The notes beneath the pieces are model-generated. The model did not search any database. It saw nothing but the letters and a program-made list of their open reading frames with translations, and was not told the DNA's origin. A stretch of DNA of 64,000 bases from positions 28,309-92,308 of the forward strand of contig CAZPKG010000011.1 of the NCBI GenBank assembly GCA_964587105.1, given 5' to 3'. Position numbers and translations under genes: made by a program. Positions 57,522 through 64,000 of this stretch are shown here, in pieces. The DNA is from an uncultured Alphaproteobacteria bacterium (GTDB lineage: Bacteria; Electryoneota; RPQS01). Every line of letters begins with the position of its first letter. Within the stretch, counting starts at the first letter, position 1.

Positions 57522-58877
57522 CTACCGTAATAGCATGGCCTTGGCAACTTGTATTTGACCTTCGCTTTTCAACTCAATCAAATAAAGGCCCGATGAACAA
57601 GAGGTGCAATCCCATGTTACGTTGTGCGTGCCTGAACTTTGTAAACCGTTTACGAGTTGTGCAACTTGGCGGCCTTGAATGTCATATGCGGTCAACTGAA
57701 CATTCGCGGCCCGTGACAGCTCGAACTGGATTGTTGTTGAGGGATTGAAAGGATTGGGAAAGGTTTTGACAAGCTGAAAATGGCTTGGCGCGGGAATGAC
57801 TCCATCATCAACGGATGAAACTTCACAGTCGATCGGCTCTCCATCAACTTGGGTGAGTATGCCGTTCTCAACATACCAGTTTTCCCACTCACCTCCGACG
57901 CTAAGCTCCCATTCGGCCAGGTCGAATGAACTGCTCCCGAAATCTGTTCCGTAGATTTTGCAAACACGAATGGCTGTTCCGCCCAAATTCCAATTTAGCG
58001 GCTGAGCGGGTGTGCAATTCTCCGGAGAAATGTCTTCCAATTCACAATTGGTTTGCAGAAAATAGACGGCTTCTTCGGCATTAGGATAGTTCCCAAAGGC
58101 CCGCGCAAGACCGCTTTCGTCAATGCAAACGGCGGCGTTTTCGTTGCATGCTATGCCACGCGGAACGACTCCAAAGTCGGTTAAAATTCTGGCGAGAAAA
58201 ACGACGTGGCGCCCATATCTCGTGCGCGTGTCGTAGTGAGTGTCAGTAATGACGTCGTGGAGGTAATCAATCTCAAGGAATCTTGTTGAATCCACGGTGA
58301 TCAAAGGATCGTATGGATTGCTCAAGGCTTGAGGGGAGGTGACTGTGCCGTTTTGACTTGTGAAGTAGAACTTACTCAGAATTGCCATACCGGCGCTTGT
58401 GCCGCCAATGACGATATTGCGATTGTCGATTGCGTCATTGATGAGACTGTCAATTGGAGTATTTCGCCAATACTGTACATAGTTCCATTGATCCCCACCG
58501 GCAAACCAGATGGCTTCGGCCTGACGGATTTTGTTTTGCACGTACGGCGAGTTGGCGGCGTTCGCGTTGTTGAAGACGATAGTCTCGACCGAATTGACCG
58601 TTACTCCTAACTCAGAATACATGTAATTGTTGTATCCATCTTCGCCGCTCGCGCGCAGAACTAAAACATCACCACTATCAGCTTGCATCAGGAACCAACG
58701 CATCGCTTCGTCGTGCTCTGTACCTCCGCCCATCATGCAAATGCCGCCTTCAGGCGTGGTTTGCCGATTGAAAATGCTGCCGGTGAAATATGAGGTAAAA
58801 TCTTGTGCGAACAAACAATTTGACAGCGAACCGAGAATTAACATCAACAATACAAACACAAATTTCAGCATTATCAT
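57522..58877 (-). CDS. Peptidase S51 / cyanophycinase-like secreted hydrolase with T9SS CTD
   Basis: Signal peptide. GGGTEHDEAMRWF...IWFAGGDQWNY...IGGTSAGMAIL matches the S51 GGG / GGdQ / G.SAG pattern. C-terminus FPNPFNPSTTIQFEL...KAMLLR is a T9SS CTD. Confidence 0.6.
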   Translation of the reverse strand: MIMLKFVFVLLMLILGSLSNCLFAQDFTSYFTGSIFNRQTTPEGGICMMGGGTEHDEAMRWFLMQADSGDVLVLRASGEDGYNNYMYSELGVTVNSVETIVFNNANAANSPYVQNKIRQAEAIWFAGGDQWNYVQYWRNTPIDSLINDAIDNRNIVIGGTSAGMAILSKFYFTSQNGTVTSPQALSNPYDPLITVDSTRFLEIDYLHDVITDTHYDTRTRYGRHVVFLARILTDFGVVPRGIACNENAAVCIDESGLARAFGNYPNAEEAVYFLQTNCELEDISPENCTPAQPLNWNLGGTAIRVCKIYGTDFGSSSFDLAEWELSVGGEWENWYVENGILTQVDGEPIDCEVSSVDDGVIPAPSHFQLVKTFPNPFNPSTTIQFELSRAANVQLTAYDIQGRQVAQLVNGLQSSGTHNVTWDCTSCSSGLYLIELKSEGQIQVAKAMLLR

Positions 58878-58895
58878 CCTTGCAATGTTGGAGCG

Positions 58896-59663
58896 CTAAG
58901 ATAACGTCAGCACCGGCCCGACGGTGCGTTGAGCGGTTAAGTGGACGGGAATTTCGGGGTTGTTGTCGAGCGCTGTGCGGGCGCAATCGTGGGCGAGCAG
59001 CGGGTGGTTATTTTCTTCGGACATGTGTGCGAGCACGACATGTTTCATGTTCTTGTTGGTGCAGTCGCGCAATACGTTAGCGGTTTGACGATTGGAGAGG
59101 TGGCCAGTGTTTCCCGCGATACGAATCTTGAGCAATTCGGGATAGGGGCCGGTGCGGAGCATCTCTTCATCGTGATTGCTCTCGATAACGGCGATCGTAC
59201 TTTCGGTGAAGGCTTGATGTAGGTCTTCAGGAACTTCACCCAAGTCCGTGGCCACTGTAATGACCTCATCCTCCACGTGAATTTGATAGGCCACGGGCTC
59301 GGCGGCATCGTGCAAGATCGGAAACGCGCGGACATTAAACGGGCCGACGTCAACCGCATGACCGTTAATGGGAAAAGCCTTTTGCATGCGCATGAAGCCG
59401 GGCGAAAGTGCTTTCAAGGTTCCGGCGGCAGCATACACCGGGATCGAAACCTTCTTCAACAAACTATCCAAGCCGCGCGTATGATCCGTATGCTCGTGCG
59501 TGATGAAGACCGCGTTGATGTTTTGCGGTTGCTCGCCGATCTGCTGTAACGCAAATATCAATCCGCGAATGCCTAAACCCGCATCGATGAGGATGCGGGT
59601 TTCTCCTTTGCGGAGCAGAAGTGCGTTGGCTTTGGAGCCTGAAGCAAGGACGGAAAGTTGCAA
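58896..59663 (-). CDS. MBL-fold metallo-hydrolase (YycJ-like), TTG start
   Basis: HxHxDH motif in FITHEHTDHTRG. Later DAAEP and His residues typical of the metallo-beta-lactamase fold. ATTTC-repeat leader upstream. Confidence 0.75.
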   Translation of the reverse strand: MQLSVLASGSKANALLLRKGETRILIDAGLGIRGLIFALQQIGEQPQNINAVFITHEHTDHTRGLDSLLKKVSIPVYAAAGTLKALSPGFMRMQKAFPINGHAVDVGPFNVRAFPILHDAAEPVAYQIHVEDEVITVATDLGEVPEDLHQAFTESTIAVIESNHDEEMLRTGPYPELLKIRIAGNTGHLSNRQTANVLRDCTNKNMKHVVLAHMSEENNHPLLAHDCARTALDNNPEIPVHLTAQRTVGPVLTLS

Positions 59664-59697
59664 AATTAGAAATTAGAAATAGGAAATGAGAAAGCAG
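59664..59697 (-). promoter_or_regulatory. ATTTC-repeat leader element abutting a TTG start (minus strand)
   Basis: Minus-strand reading: ctttctcatttcctatttctaatttctaattttgcaacTTG. A family-3 palindrome lies directly upstream. Confidence 0.5.
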
Positions 59698-59700
59698 AGG

Positions 59701-59719
59701 GGCACCCGCAGCGGGTGCC
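59701..59719. repeat. Palindrome GGCACCCGCAGCGGGTGCC (family 3)
   Basis: Perfect palindrome adjacent to an ATTTC-repeat leader. Confidence 0.8.
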
Positions 59720-59741
59720 GCCGCGTGAAAGCTAAGAACTC

Positions 59742-60251
59742 TTATTTCTGCACGACTAATGTGTCGGCTAAGACGTCGTGAAGGGCTTGCTTCTTTTGAG
59801 TGAAGCCTGCCATCATGAAACCGATGCCGAGAATGATGGCCGAAAGGAATTTGCCAAAGAAGCGGCCCGAGGCTTGACCGAAATTGATGCGATGATAATT
59901 CTCATCGGTGACAACCAAACCAATGGCCATCTTGCCCAGTGTGGCTTGGCGGTTGGAACTCTCCATCAATGCGAAATAGAGCCACTGCACGACGATTCCG
60001 AGTCCGTAGGTGATTTTGAAATCGTCGAAATCCACCGTCCAGGTGAAACTTCCGGTGACAATCGAGAGCAAAATACCGTCAATTAACGAGGCCAACACGC
60101 GCCGCCAGAAACCGGCATATTGAACCGGCGCGACATTCAGTGAATGCGTGGTCGGTACCGCTTGCGGAGCGATGGTCGGCAATTCGCGACCGCAGTTTTG
60201 ACAATACTGCGCGTCGTCGGGATTCGGTTTGGAACAATGGGGACAGAACAT
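59742..60251 (-). CDS. Zinc-ribbon plus RDD-family membrane protein
   Basis: N-terminus CPHCSKPNPDDAQYCQNCG is a zinc ribbon. RDD-domain features (WRRVLASLIDGIL ... LGKMAIGLVV ... KQALHDVLADTLVV). Confidence 0.7.
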   Translation of the reverse strand: MFCPHCSKPNPDDAQYCQNCGRELPTIAPQAVPTTHSLNVAPVQYAGFWRRVLASLIDGILLSIVTGSFTWTVDFDDFKITYGLGIVVQWLYFALMESSNRQATLGKMAIGLVVTDENYHRINFGQASGRFFGKFLSAIILGIGFMMAGFTQKKQALHDVLADTLVVQK

Positions 60252-60263
60252 GTTCGGACTCCA

Positions 60264-60581
60264 CTATCTTTTGTACGGATTGCCTGTGTAAGCCGCGATG
60301 ATGCAGAGCAGATGCAGAATTAATCCGGGGACAATTAGTAACCAGTAGCCCACAGCAACGGCGGCCATCCAGAGCAAGCCGCGAAGTATCTTGCCGCGAT
60401 AGATTTGACCGACACCGGGAAAGAAGAAACTCAAGACAGCCGCAATGCCCGGATGCCACAAGCGTTCGCGTGGAGGTTGAACAACCACGACGGGGCGGTC
60501 GATATCACCGATACCCGAACCGCATTTGGGGCAGAAATTAGAATTTGCCGCGAGGGTGTTTCCGCAAACGGTGCAGTGCAA
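60264..60581 (-). CDS. Zinc-ribbon small membrane protein (TM2-like), TTG start
   Basis: CTVCGN...CPKCG zinc ribbon followed by two hydrophobic helices (GVGQIYRGKILRGLLWMAAVAVGYWLLIVPGLILHLLCIIAAY). ATTTC-repeat leader upstream. Confidence 0.5.
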   Translation of the reverse strand: MHCTVCGNTLAANSNFCPKCGSGIGDIDRPVVVVQPPRERLWHPGIAAVLSFFFPGVGQIYRGKILRGLLWMAAVAVGYWLLIVPGLILHLLCIIAAYTGNPYKR

Positions 60582-60625
60582 AGTTTAAATAGAAAATAGA
60601 AAATAGAAAATTGAAAATTGAAAAG
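60582..60625 (-). promoter_or_regulatory. ATTTC/TTTTC-repeat leader element abutting a TTG start (minus strand)
   Basis: Minus-strand reading: ttttcaattttcaattttctattttctattttctatttaaacTTTG. Confidence 0.45.
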
Positions 60626-60627
60626 CG

Positions 60628-60700
60628 GATTCCGGCGGGGAACCGCTGCGCTTAATCCCCGCTCGGCAGACGCAAGGAAGCGGATTCCGGCGGGGAACCA
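60628..60700. repeat. Repeat family GATTCCGGCGGGGAACCGCTGCGCTTAATCCCCGCTCGGC (1.5 tandem copies)
   Basis: gattccggcggggaaccgctgcgcttaatccccgctcggc, followed by a partial second copy gcggattccggcggggaaccagc. Confidence 0.7.
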
Positions 60701-60764
60701 GCGGGCGGATTGCCATCCGCCCCTACACAAACCTCACTCTGCGGACATATTGCATGCGGAGGAA

Positions 60765-61334
60765 TTATGCTGTTACTCTGCTGCCGCGTTTGGTTAGCGG
60801 AACACCTTTGGCGCACTGGGGGCAAGTCTCGGGAGTAAAGGTGTCCAAACTCAATTTTACGACTGCGTAAGGAGCGGGCGAGAGATGCACTTCACCGCGC
60901 TGAATCAATGTGGCGATTCCGATGATGATTCCACCTTCACGTTCGACGGCTTCCTTGACTTCACCGACGGAGAGACCTGTAGTGATGACGTCTTCGCAAA
61001 TGAGCACACGTTGTTCGGGCTCGATTGCGAAACCTCGCCGCCATTCCATGCGGCCATCAATACGTTCAGGGAAGGCGATGGGACAGCCGAGATCTTTGCC
61101 GACTTCGTGCGCAACCAATACACCGCCGGTCAAGGGGCCGACGACGAGGTCGGGGCTTGAGATGCGGAAGTGGTCGGCAATGGCGTGACCGAATTGCTCC
61201 GTCAGCTCGGGGCGTTCGAGCAGACGAAATTTCTCAATGTAAACATTACTATGCCTTCCGCTTGAGAGCAGAAAGTGACCTTCGAGAAAGGCGCCGCATT
61301 CCCGAAGCATTTCGAGTGCGTGTTCTTGATTCAT
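60765..61334 (-). CDS. pyrE: Orotate phosphoribosyltransferase
   Basis: PRPP-binding motif VLICEDVITTGLS. Overall OPRTase layout (GHFLLSSGRHSNVYIEKF ... VVGPLTGGVLVA). Confidence 0.85.
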   Translation of the reverse strand: MNQEHALEMLRECGAFLEGHFLLSSGRHSNVYIEKFRLLERPELTEQFGHAIADHFRISSPDLVVGPLTGGVLVAHEVGKDLGCPIAFPERIDGRMEWRRGFAIEPEQRVLICEDVITTGLSVGEVKEAVEREGGIIIGIATLIQRGEVHLSPAPYAVVKLSLDTFTPETCPQCAKGVPLTKRGSRVTA

Positions 61335-61380
61335 AAGAGTTTTAGTATGAGAATCTGGTTGGGGCGAGTCGTGCGAAGAC

Positions 61381-61408
61381 CCCCCTTAGTCCCCCCGCTC
61401 GCGGGGGG
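61381..61408. repeat. REP-like hairpin, family 1 (reverse orientation)
   Basis: ccccccttagtccccccgctcgcgggggg. Confidence 0.8.
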
Positions 61409-61419
61409 AGATCGGATAT

Positions 61420-62052
61420 TTATTCATAGTCAAGCGAATCACGCTGCTTGACGACGTAGGTATCGGCGAGAATATCGTGAAGAGCTTGCTTCTTCGCAGT
61501 AAATCCGGCCATGATGTAACCGACCATCAGAATCATGCCCGAGAGAAACTTGGCGAAGTAGCGGCCCGAGGCGCGAGCGAAATTAATCGTTTCACCGTTA
61601 TGTCCGATGACTTGCAGACCAAGCGCCATCTTGCCCAACGTGCCGCGCGAGGCCGAGCTTTCCAAGAATGCGTAGTAGAGCCACTGTGCAACCGCTGTGA
61701 CTACAATGAACACGAGCCAGCCGCCTATCAGACCTAAAATTACGGCGGGATCGGGGTCTTCCATGTCTGCTAAATCGGAAATTGACATGACGCTGCCGGC
61801 GGTGAACACAAGCGCAATGATGAAGAACACGAAGCCCACAACGGAGATGACAATCTGATCGATCAGATGAGCAAGAAAGCGTATCCAGAAACCGGCATAA
61901 CGATATTTCTTCTCAGCCTCGGGAGACAGAGAAGGCTGGTATTGCGTGTGCGATTGCGGAAGAGTCTGCGGAGCAAGACCCGCGGGATTTCCGCAAGTCG
62001 AGCAAAATTTCGCGTCGTCAGTAAGTTGTGCGCCGCATTTTGTGCAGAACAT
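61420..62052 (-). CDS. Zinc-ribbon plus RDD-family membrane protein (paralog of 59742-60251)
   Basis: CTKCGAQLTDDAKFCSTCG zinc ribbon. YAGFWIRFLAHLIDQIV ... LGKMALGLQV ... KQALHDILADTYVV. Confidence 0.7.
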   Translation of the reverse strand: MFCTKCGAQLTDDAKFCSTCGNPAGLAPQTLPQSHTQYQPSLSPEAEKKYRYAGFWIRFLAHLIDQIVISVVGFVFFIIALVFTAGSVMSISDLADMEDPDPAVILGLIGGWLVFIVVTAVAQWLYYAFLESSASRGTLGKMALGLQVIGHNGETINFARASGRYFAKFLSGMILMVGYIMAGFTAKKQALHDILADTYVVKQRDSLDYE

Positions 62053-62069
62053 GTGGGTACCTCATATTT

Positions 62070-62100
62070 CCCCCCGGTCTTCCGGGGGGATTAAGGGGGG
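62070..62100. repeat. REP-like hairpin, family 1
   Basis: ccccccggtcttccggggggattaagggggg. Left flank of the DUF559 gene. Confidence 0.8.
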
Positions 62101-62463
62101 TCAAGCTCTATTGAATTCGAGAATGATTGAATTAAGAACTGATTCTATCGACTTGAGAATTGCGCCGTTAGGAAATCGAACAACGCGAAATCCAAGCGCT
62201 TGAAGTGACTCGGTACGACGCGCATCATATTCCCGTTGTTCATCACTTGCATGTGTTGGTCCATCCACTTCGATCACCAACATGTGTTCAAGTGAAACGA
62301 AATCCACGATGTACTTGCCTATTGCATGTTGGCGACGAAATTTTGTGCCCAACTGCTCCGACCTAAGCTTGTACCACAAAGCCTTTTCGGCTTGTGTCAT
62401 TGCACGGCGATAATGTTTCGCACGAATTAGATTCTTAAGAGGGATCTTGTCGTAGTCTCTCAT
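62101..62463 (-). CDS. DUF559 / Vsr-like PD-(D/E)xK endonuclease-domain protein
   Basis: FRRQHAIGKYIVDF ... LVIEVDGPTHASDEQREYDARRTESLQALGFRVVRF matches the DUF559 core. Flanked on both sides by inverted REP copies. Confidence 0.7.
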   Translation of the reverse strand: MRDYDKIPLKNLIRAKHYRRAMTQAEKALWYKLRSEQLGTKFRRQHAIGKYIVDFVSLEHMLVIEVDGPTHASDEQREYDARRTESLQALGFRVVRFPNGAILKSIESVLNSIILEFNRA

Positions 62464-62487
62464 GCTAAGAATAATCTGGCCGTTTGA

Positions 62488-62519
62488 CCCCCCCTAACCC
62501 CCCCGGAGGACCGGTGGGG
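62488..62519. repeat. REP-like hairpin, family 1 (reverse orientation)
   Basis: cccccccctaacccccccggaggaccggtgggg. Right flank of the DUF559 gene, inverted relative to 62070-62100. Confidence 0.75.
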
Positions 62520-62521
62520 AA

Positions 62522-63313
62522 TCAGAGACTGTTTCTTAATGTGTCTACTTCTGATACTGCGGCCTCGATGCAATCGTTGCCTGAGGACGCGTAGAGAACA
62601 CTGCGCGAGACATTAAGTAGTGCAGTGCCGCCGGATGTTTTCACTTTGCTCATGACAGCGGTGCTGCCACCTTGCGCGCCGCTGCCGGGCAGAAGCAGCG
62701 GAAGTTCAGGAGCGAAACTCAAAATATTGTCCAGCGCTTCCGGTTTTGTCGTGCCCACGACCAAGCCCATGTTGCCGTTTAGATTGGCGGCTTTGACTTG
62801 GTGGGCGATCTCTTGATAGAGCTTGCGATCAGCGACTGTCAGCTCTTGTATGAGTGAGGCACTGGCATTCGATGTTGCACAGAGGACGAAGACGCCTTTG
62901 TCTGAGTGTCGCCAAAAGGGTTCCAATGCTGCCATTCCGAGGTAGGGTTGAACGGTCACGGCATCGGCTCCGAGGCCATCGAAGATTGCGCGAGCGTAGG
63001 CTTCGTTGGTGTGTTCGATGTCACCGCGTTTGGCGTCAACCAGCCAGATTACATCGGGCGGGCAGGCGATTCGTAGGCGTTCGAGAGCGAGCCAGCCGCC
63101 TGAGCCGTAGGCCTCAAAGAAGGCTGTGTTGGGCTTGAAGGCCGCCACTTTGGGCCAAAGCGCAATGATGATCTCTTCCAGAAACTTGGTCGCGCCCTCC
63201 GCTCCACGGCCGAATTTGGCCGGAATCTTCGCAGGGTCGGGATCGAGGCCCACGCAGAGCGGGGAACCAGATCGGTCGATTGAGGCTTTAAGGCGGGAGA
63301 GGAAAGCGGACAC
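62522..63313 (-). CDS. pyrF: Orotidine 5'-phosphate decarboxylase, type 2 (long form)
   Basis: LCVGLDPD, FKPNTAFFE and DAKRGDIEHT motifs of PyrF. Confidence 0.85.
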   Translation of the reverse strand: MSAFLSRLKASIDRSGSPLCVGLDPDPAKIPAKFGRGAEGATKFLEEIIIALWPKVAAFKPNTAFFEAYGSGGWLALERLRIACPPDVIWLVDAKRGDIEHTNEAYARAIFDGLGADAVTVQPYLGMAALEPFWRHSDKGVFVLCATSNASASLIQELTVADRKLYQEIAHQVKAANLNGNMGLVVGTTKPEALDNILSFAPELPLLLPGSGAQGGSTAVMSKVKTSGGTALLNVSRSVLYASSGNDCIEAAVSEVDTLRNSL

Positions 63314-63466
63314 AGACAGAGTTCGGCAATTAATGGATTAACCGTGAAATATAACAATTTTTGGGCTGAGGTGCAACGGCAAATGAGCCAAGCTGTTGGC
63401 AGGAGTTGTATTTACGCGCCATGTTTGGTACCTTTGAATCATGAAAAATACTTTCACTGAGATCAG

Positions 63467-63497
63467 CCCCCCCTAACCCCCCCGCTCGCGGAGGGGG
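63467..63497. repeat. REP-like hairpin, family 1 (reverse orientation)
   Basis: ccccccctaacccccccgctcgcggaggggg. Ends 4 nt before the ATG of the YraQ-like gene. Confidence 0.8.
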
Positions 63498-63501
63498 ATT
63501 A

Positions 63502-64000
63502 ACATGATTACAACATACTTTAGTGAGACTTGGGCGCTGTATTTGGAAATGGCGCCGTATCTGATGCTGGGGTTCACCTTGGCGGGGGTGCTTCACGCCT
63601 TTGTGCCGCGCAAGGCTGTGGGGCGGCATTTGGGCGGAGAGAATCTGATCTCGTCGTTCAAGGCGGCGGTATTGGGAGTGCCGATGCCGTTGTGTTCGTG
63701 CGGAGTGATTCCGACGGGAGTGGGCTTGCGAAAGCGCGGGGCTTCACGGGCGGCAACAGTGTCATTCTTAATATCGACTCCGCAGACGGGTGTCGATTCG
63801 ATTCTTGTGACTTACGGATTTTTCGGTTGGGCGATGGCAATCTTTCGCCCCATTGCCGCGTTTATCAGCGGAGTTTTAGGCGGGCTCGCGGTGATTCTGG
63901 TGAAGCCCGGTACCCGCGAAGACGAATGGATGAAACATCACATGCATTCAGAAGACGCGCTGGCCGAAGCGGACGCGAAGAAAACTCTCGGACAAAAATT
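63502..64000 (+). CDS. YraQ/UPF0718 (DUF318) family permease, 3'-truncated by window end
   Basis: ATG at 63502 directly after a REP copy. Hydrophobic helices. The PLCSCGVIP motif is characteristic of COG0701 permeases. No stop before the window end. Confidence 0.6.

Noticed and set aside
59742-62052. Three zinc-ribbon membrane protein genes (two RDD-family, one TM2-like) read as a possible signalling or toxin system
   Set aside because: The shared feature is only an N-terminal CxxC...CxxC ribbon, common in RDD proteins. They are interleaved with pyrE and have no partner genes. Treated as ordinary membrane protein paralogs.
1-64000. CRISPR arrays, rRNA or tRNA genes
   Set aside because: No regularly spaced direct repeats with unique spacers (the REP copies are dispersed, not arrayed) and no rRNA-like conserved stretches. 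The few non-coding gaps (1514-2196, 28915-29302, 47072-47271, 50796-51086, 55596-55757) are occupied by repeats or AT-rich promoter regions with no cloverleaf-like tRNA candidates visible by eye. tRNA absence is not proven without a scan.

Overview
GC-rich bacterial chromosomal segment (GC roughly mid/high-50s % by eye). About 75% of it encodes very large, cysteine-rich secreted multidomain proteins, and almost all genes lie on the minus strand. Several proteins end in a canonical T9SS (Por) type-A C-terminal sorting domain, so the host is most likely an FCB-group bacterium (Bacteroidota-related or a candidate phylum). The phylum cannot be assigned from sequence alone.

Main content:
- A tandem array of six recently duplicated giant paralogs (8.0-25.9 kb), each with a signal peptide, a conserved N-terminal module, PPC-type beta-sandwich domains and a C-terminal Fn3-like domain. 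More members of the same superfamily lie at 30.6-35.2, 41.4-47.1 and 52.5-55.5 kb. Two of them carry trypsin-like S1 protease domains.
- T9SS-CTD cargo proteins: LVIVD and SBBP-like beta-propellers, an S51 peptidase and an S1 protease. A PDZ/alpha-beta hydrolase is signal-peptide-bearing but lacks the CTD.
- A phage head-morphogenesis gene set, all on the plus strand but dispersed. A DUF2190-like gene, the major capsid protein, a candidate small terminase and the large terminase sit at 2.9-8.0 kb. A portal gene sits at 29.3 kb and an HK97-type prohead protease at 47.3 kb. No tail, lysis or integrase genes are visible. This looks like a domesticated or GTA-like, or very old, prophage head module.
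- The right end carries housekeeping genes: cyclophilin, an MBL hydrolase, pyrE, pyrF, RDD membrane proteins, an ATL DNA-repair protein and a YraQ-type permease.

The intergenic DNA is saturated with several families of short REP/MITE-like hairpin repeats:
- The C6-loop-G6-ATTAAG6 family has at least 12 copies.
- The GGCACCCGCAGCGGGTGCC palindrome has 4 copies.
- A 117-bp MITE with GTTGTCATCCTGAAG ends flanks the capsid gene as a direct repeat.
- A composite element of the first family is inserted in-frame inside the terminase ORF, and another encodes the N-terminus of the ATL protein.
- A conserved ATTTC-repeat leader sits immediately upstream of at least 5 start codons.

Most minus-strand genes end in a GC-rich hairpin plus T-run terminator. 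No rRNA, tRNA or CRISPR array was recognised. Plus-strand ORFs that overlap the big minus-strand genes are treated as GC-driven artefacts.
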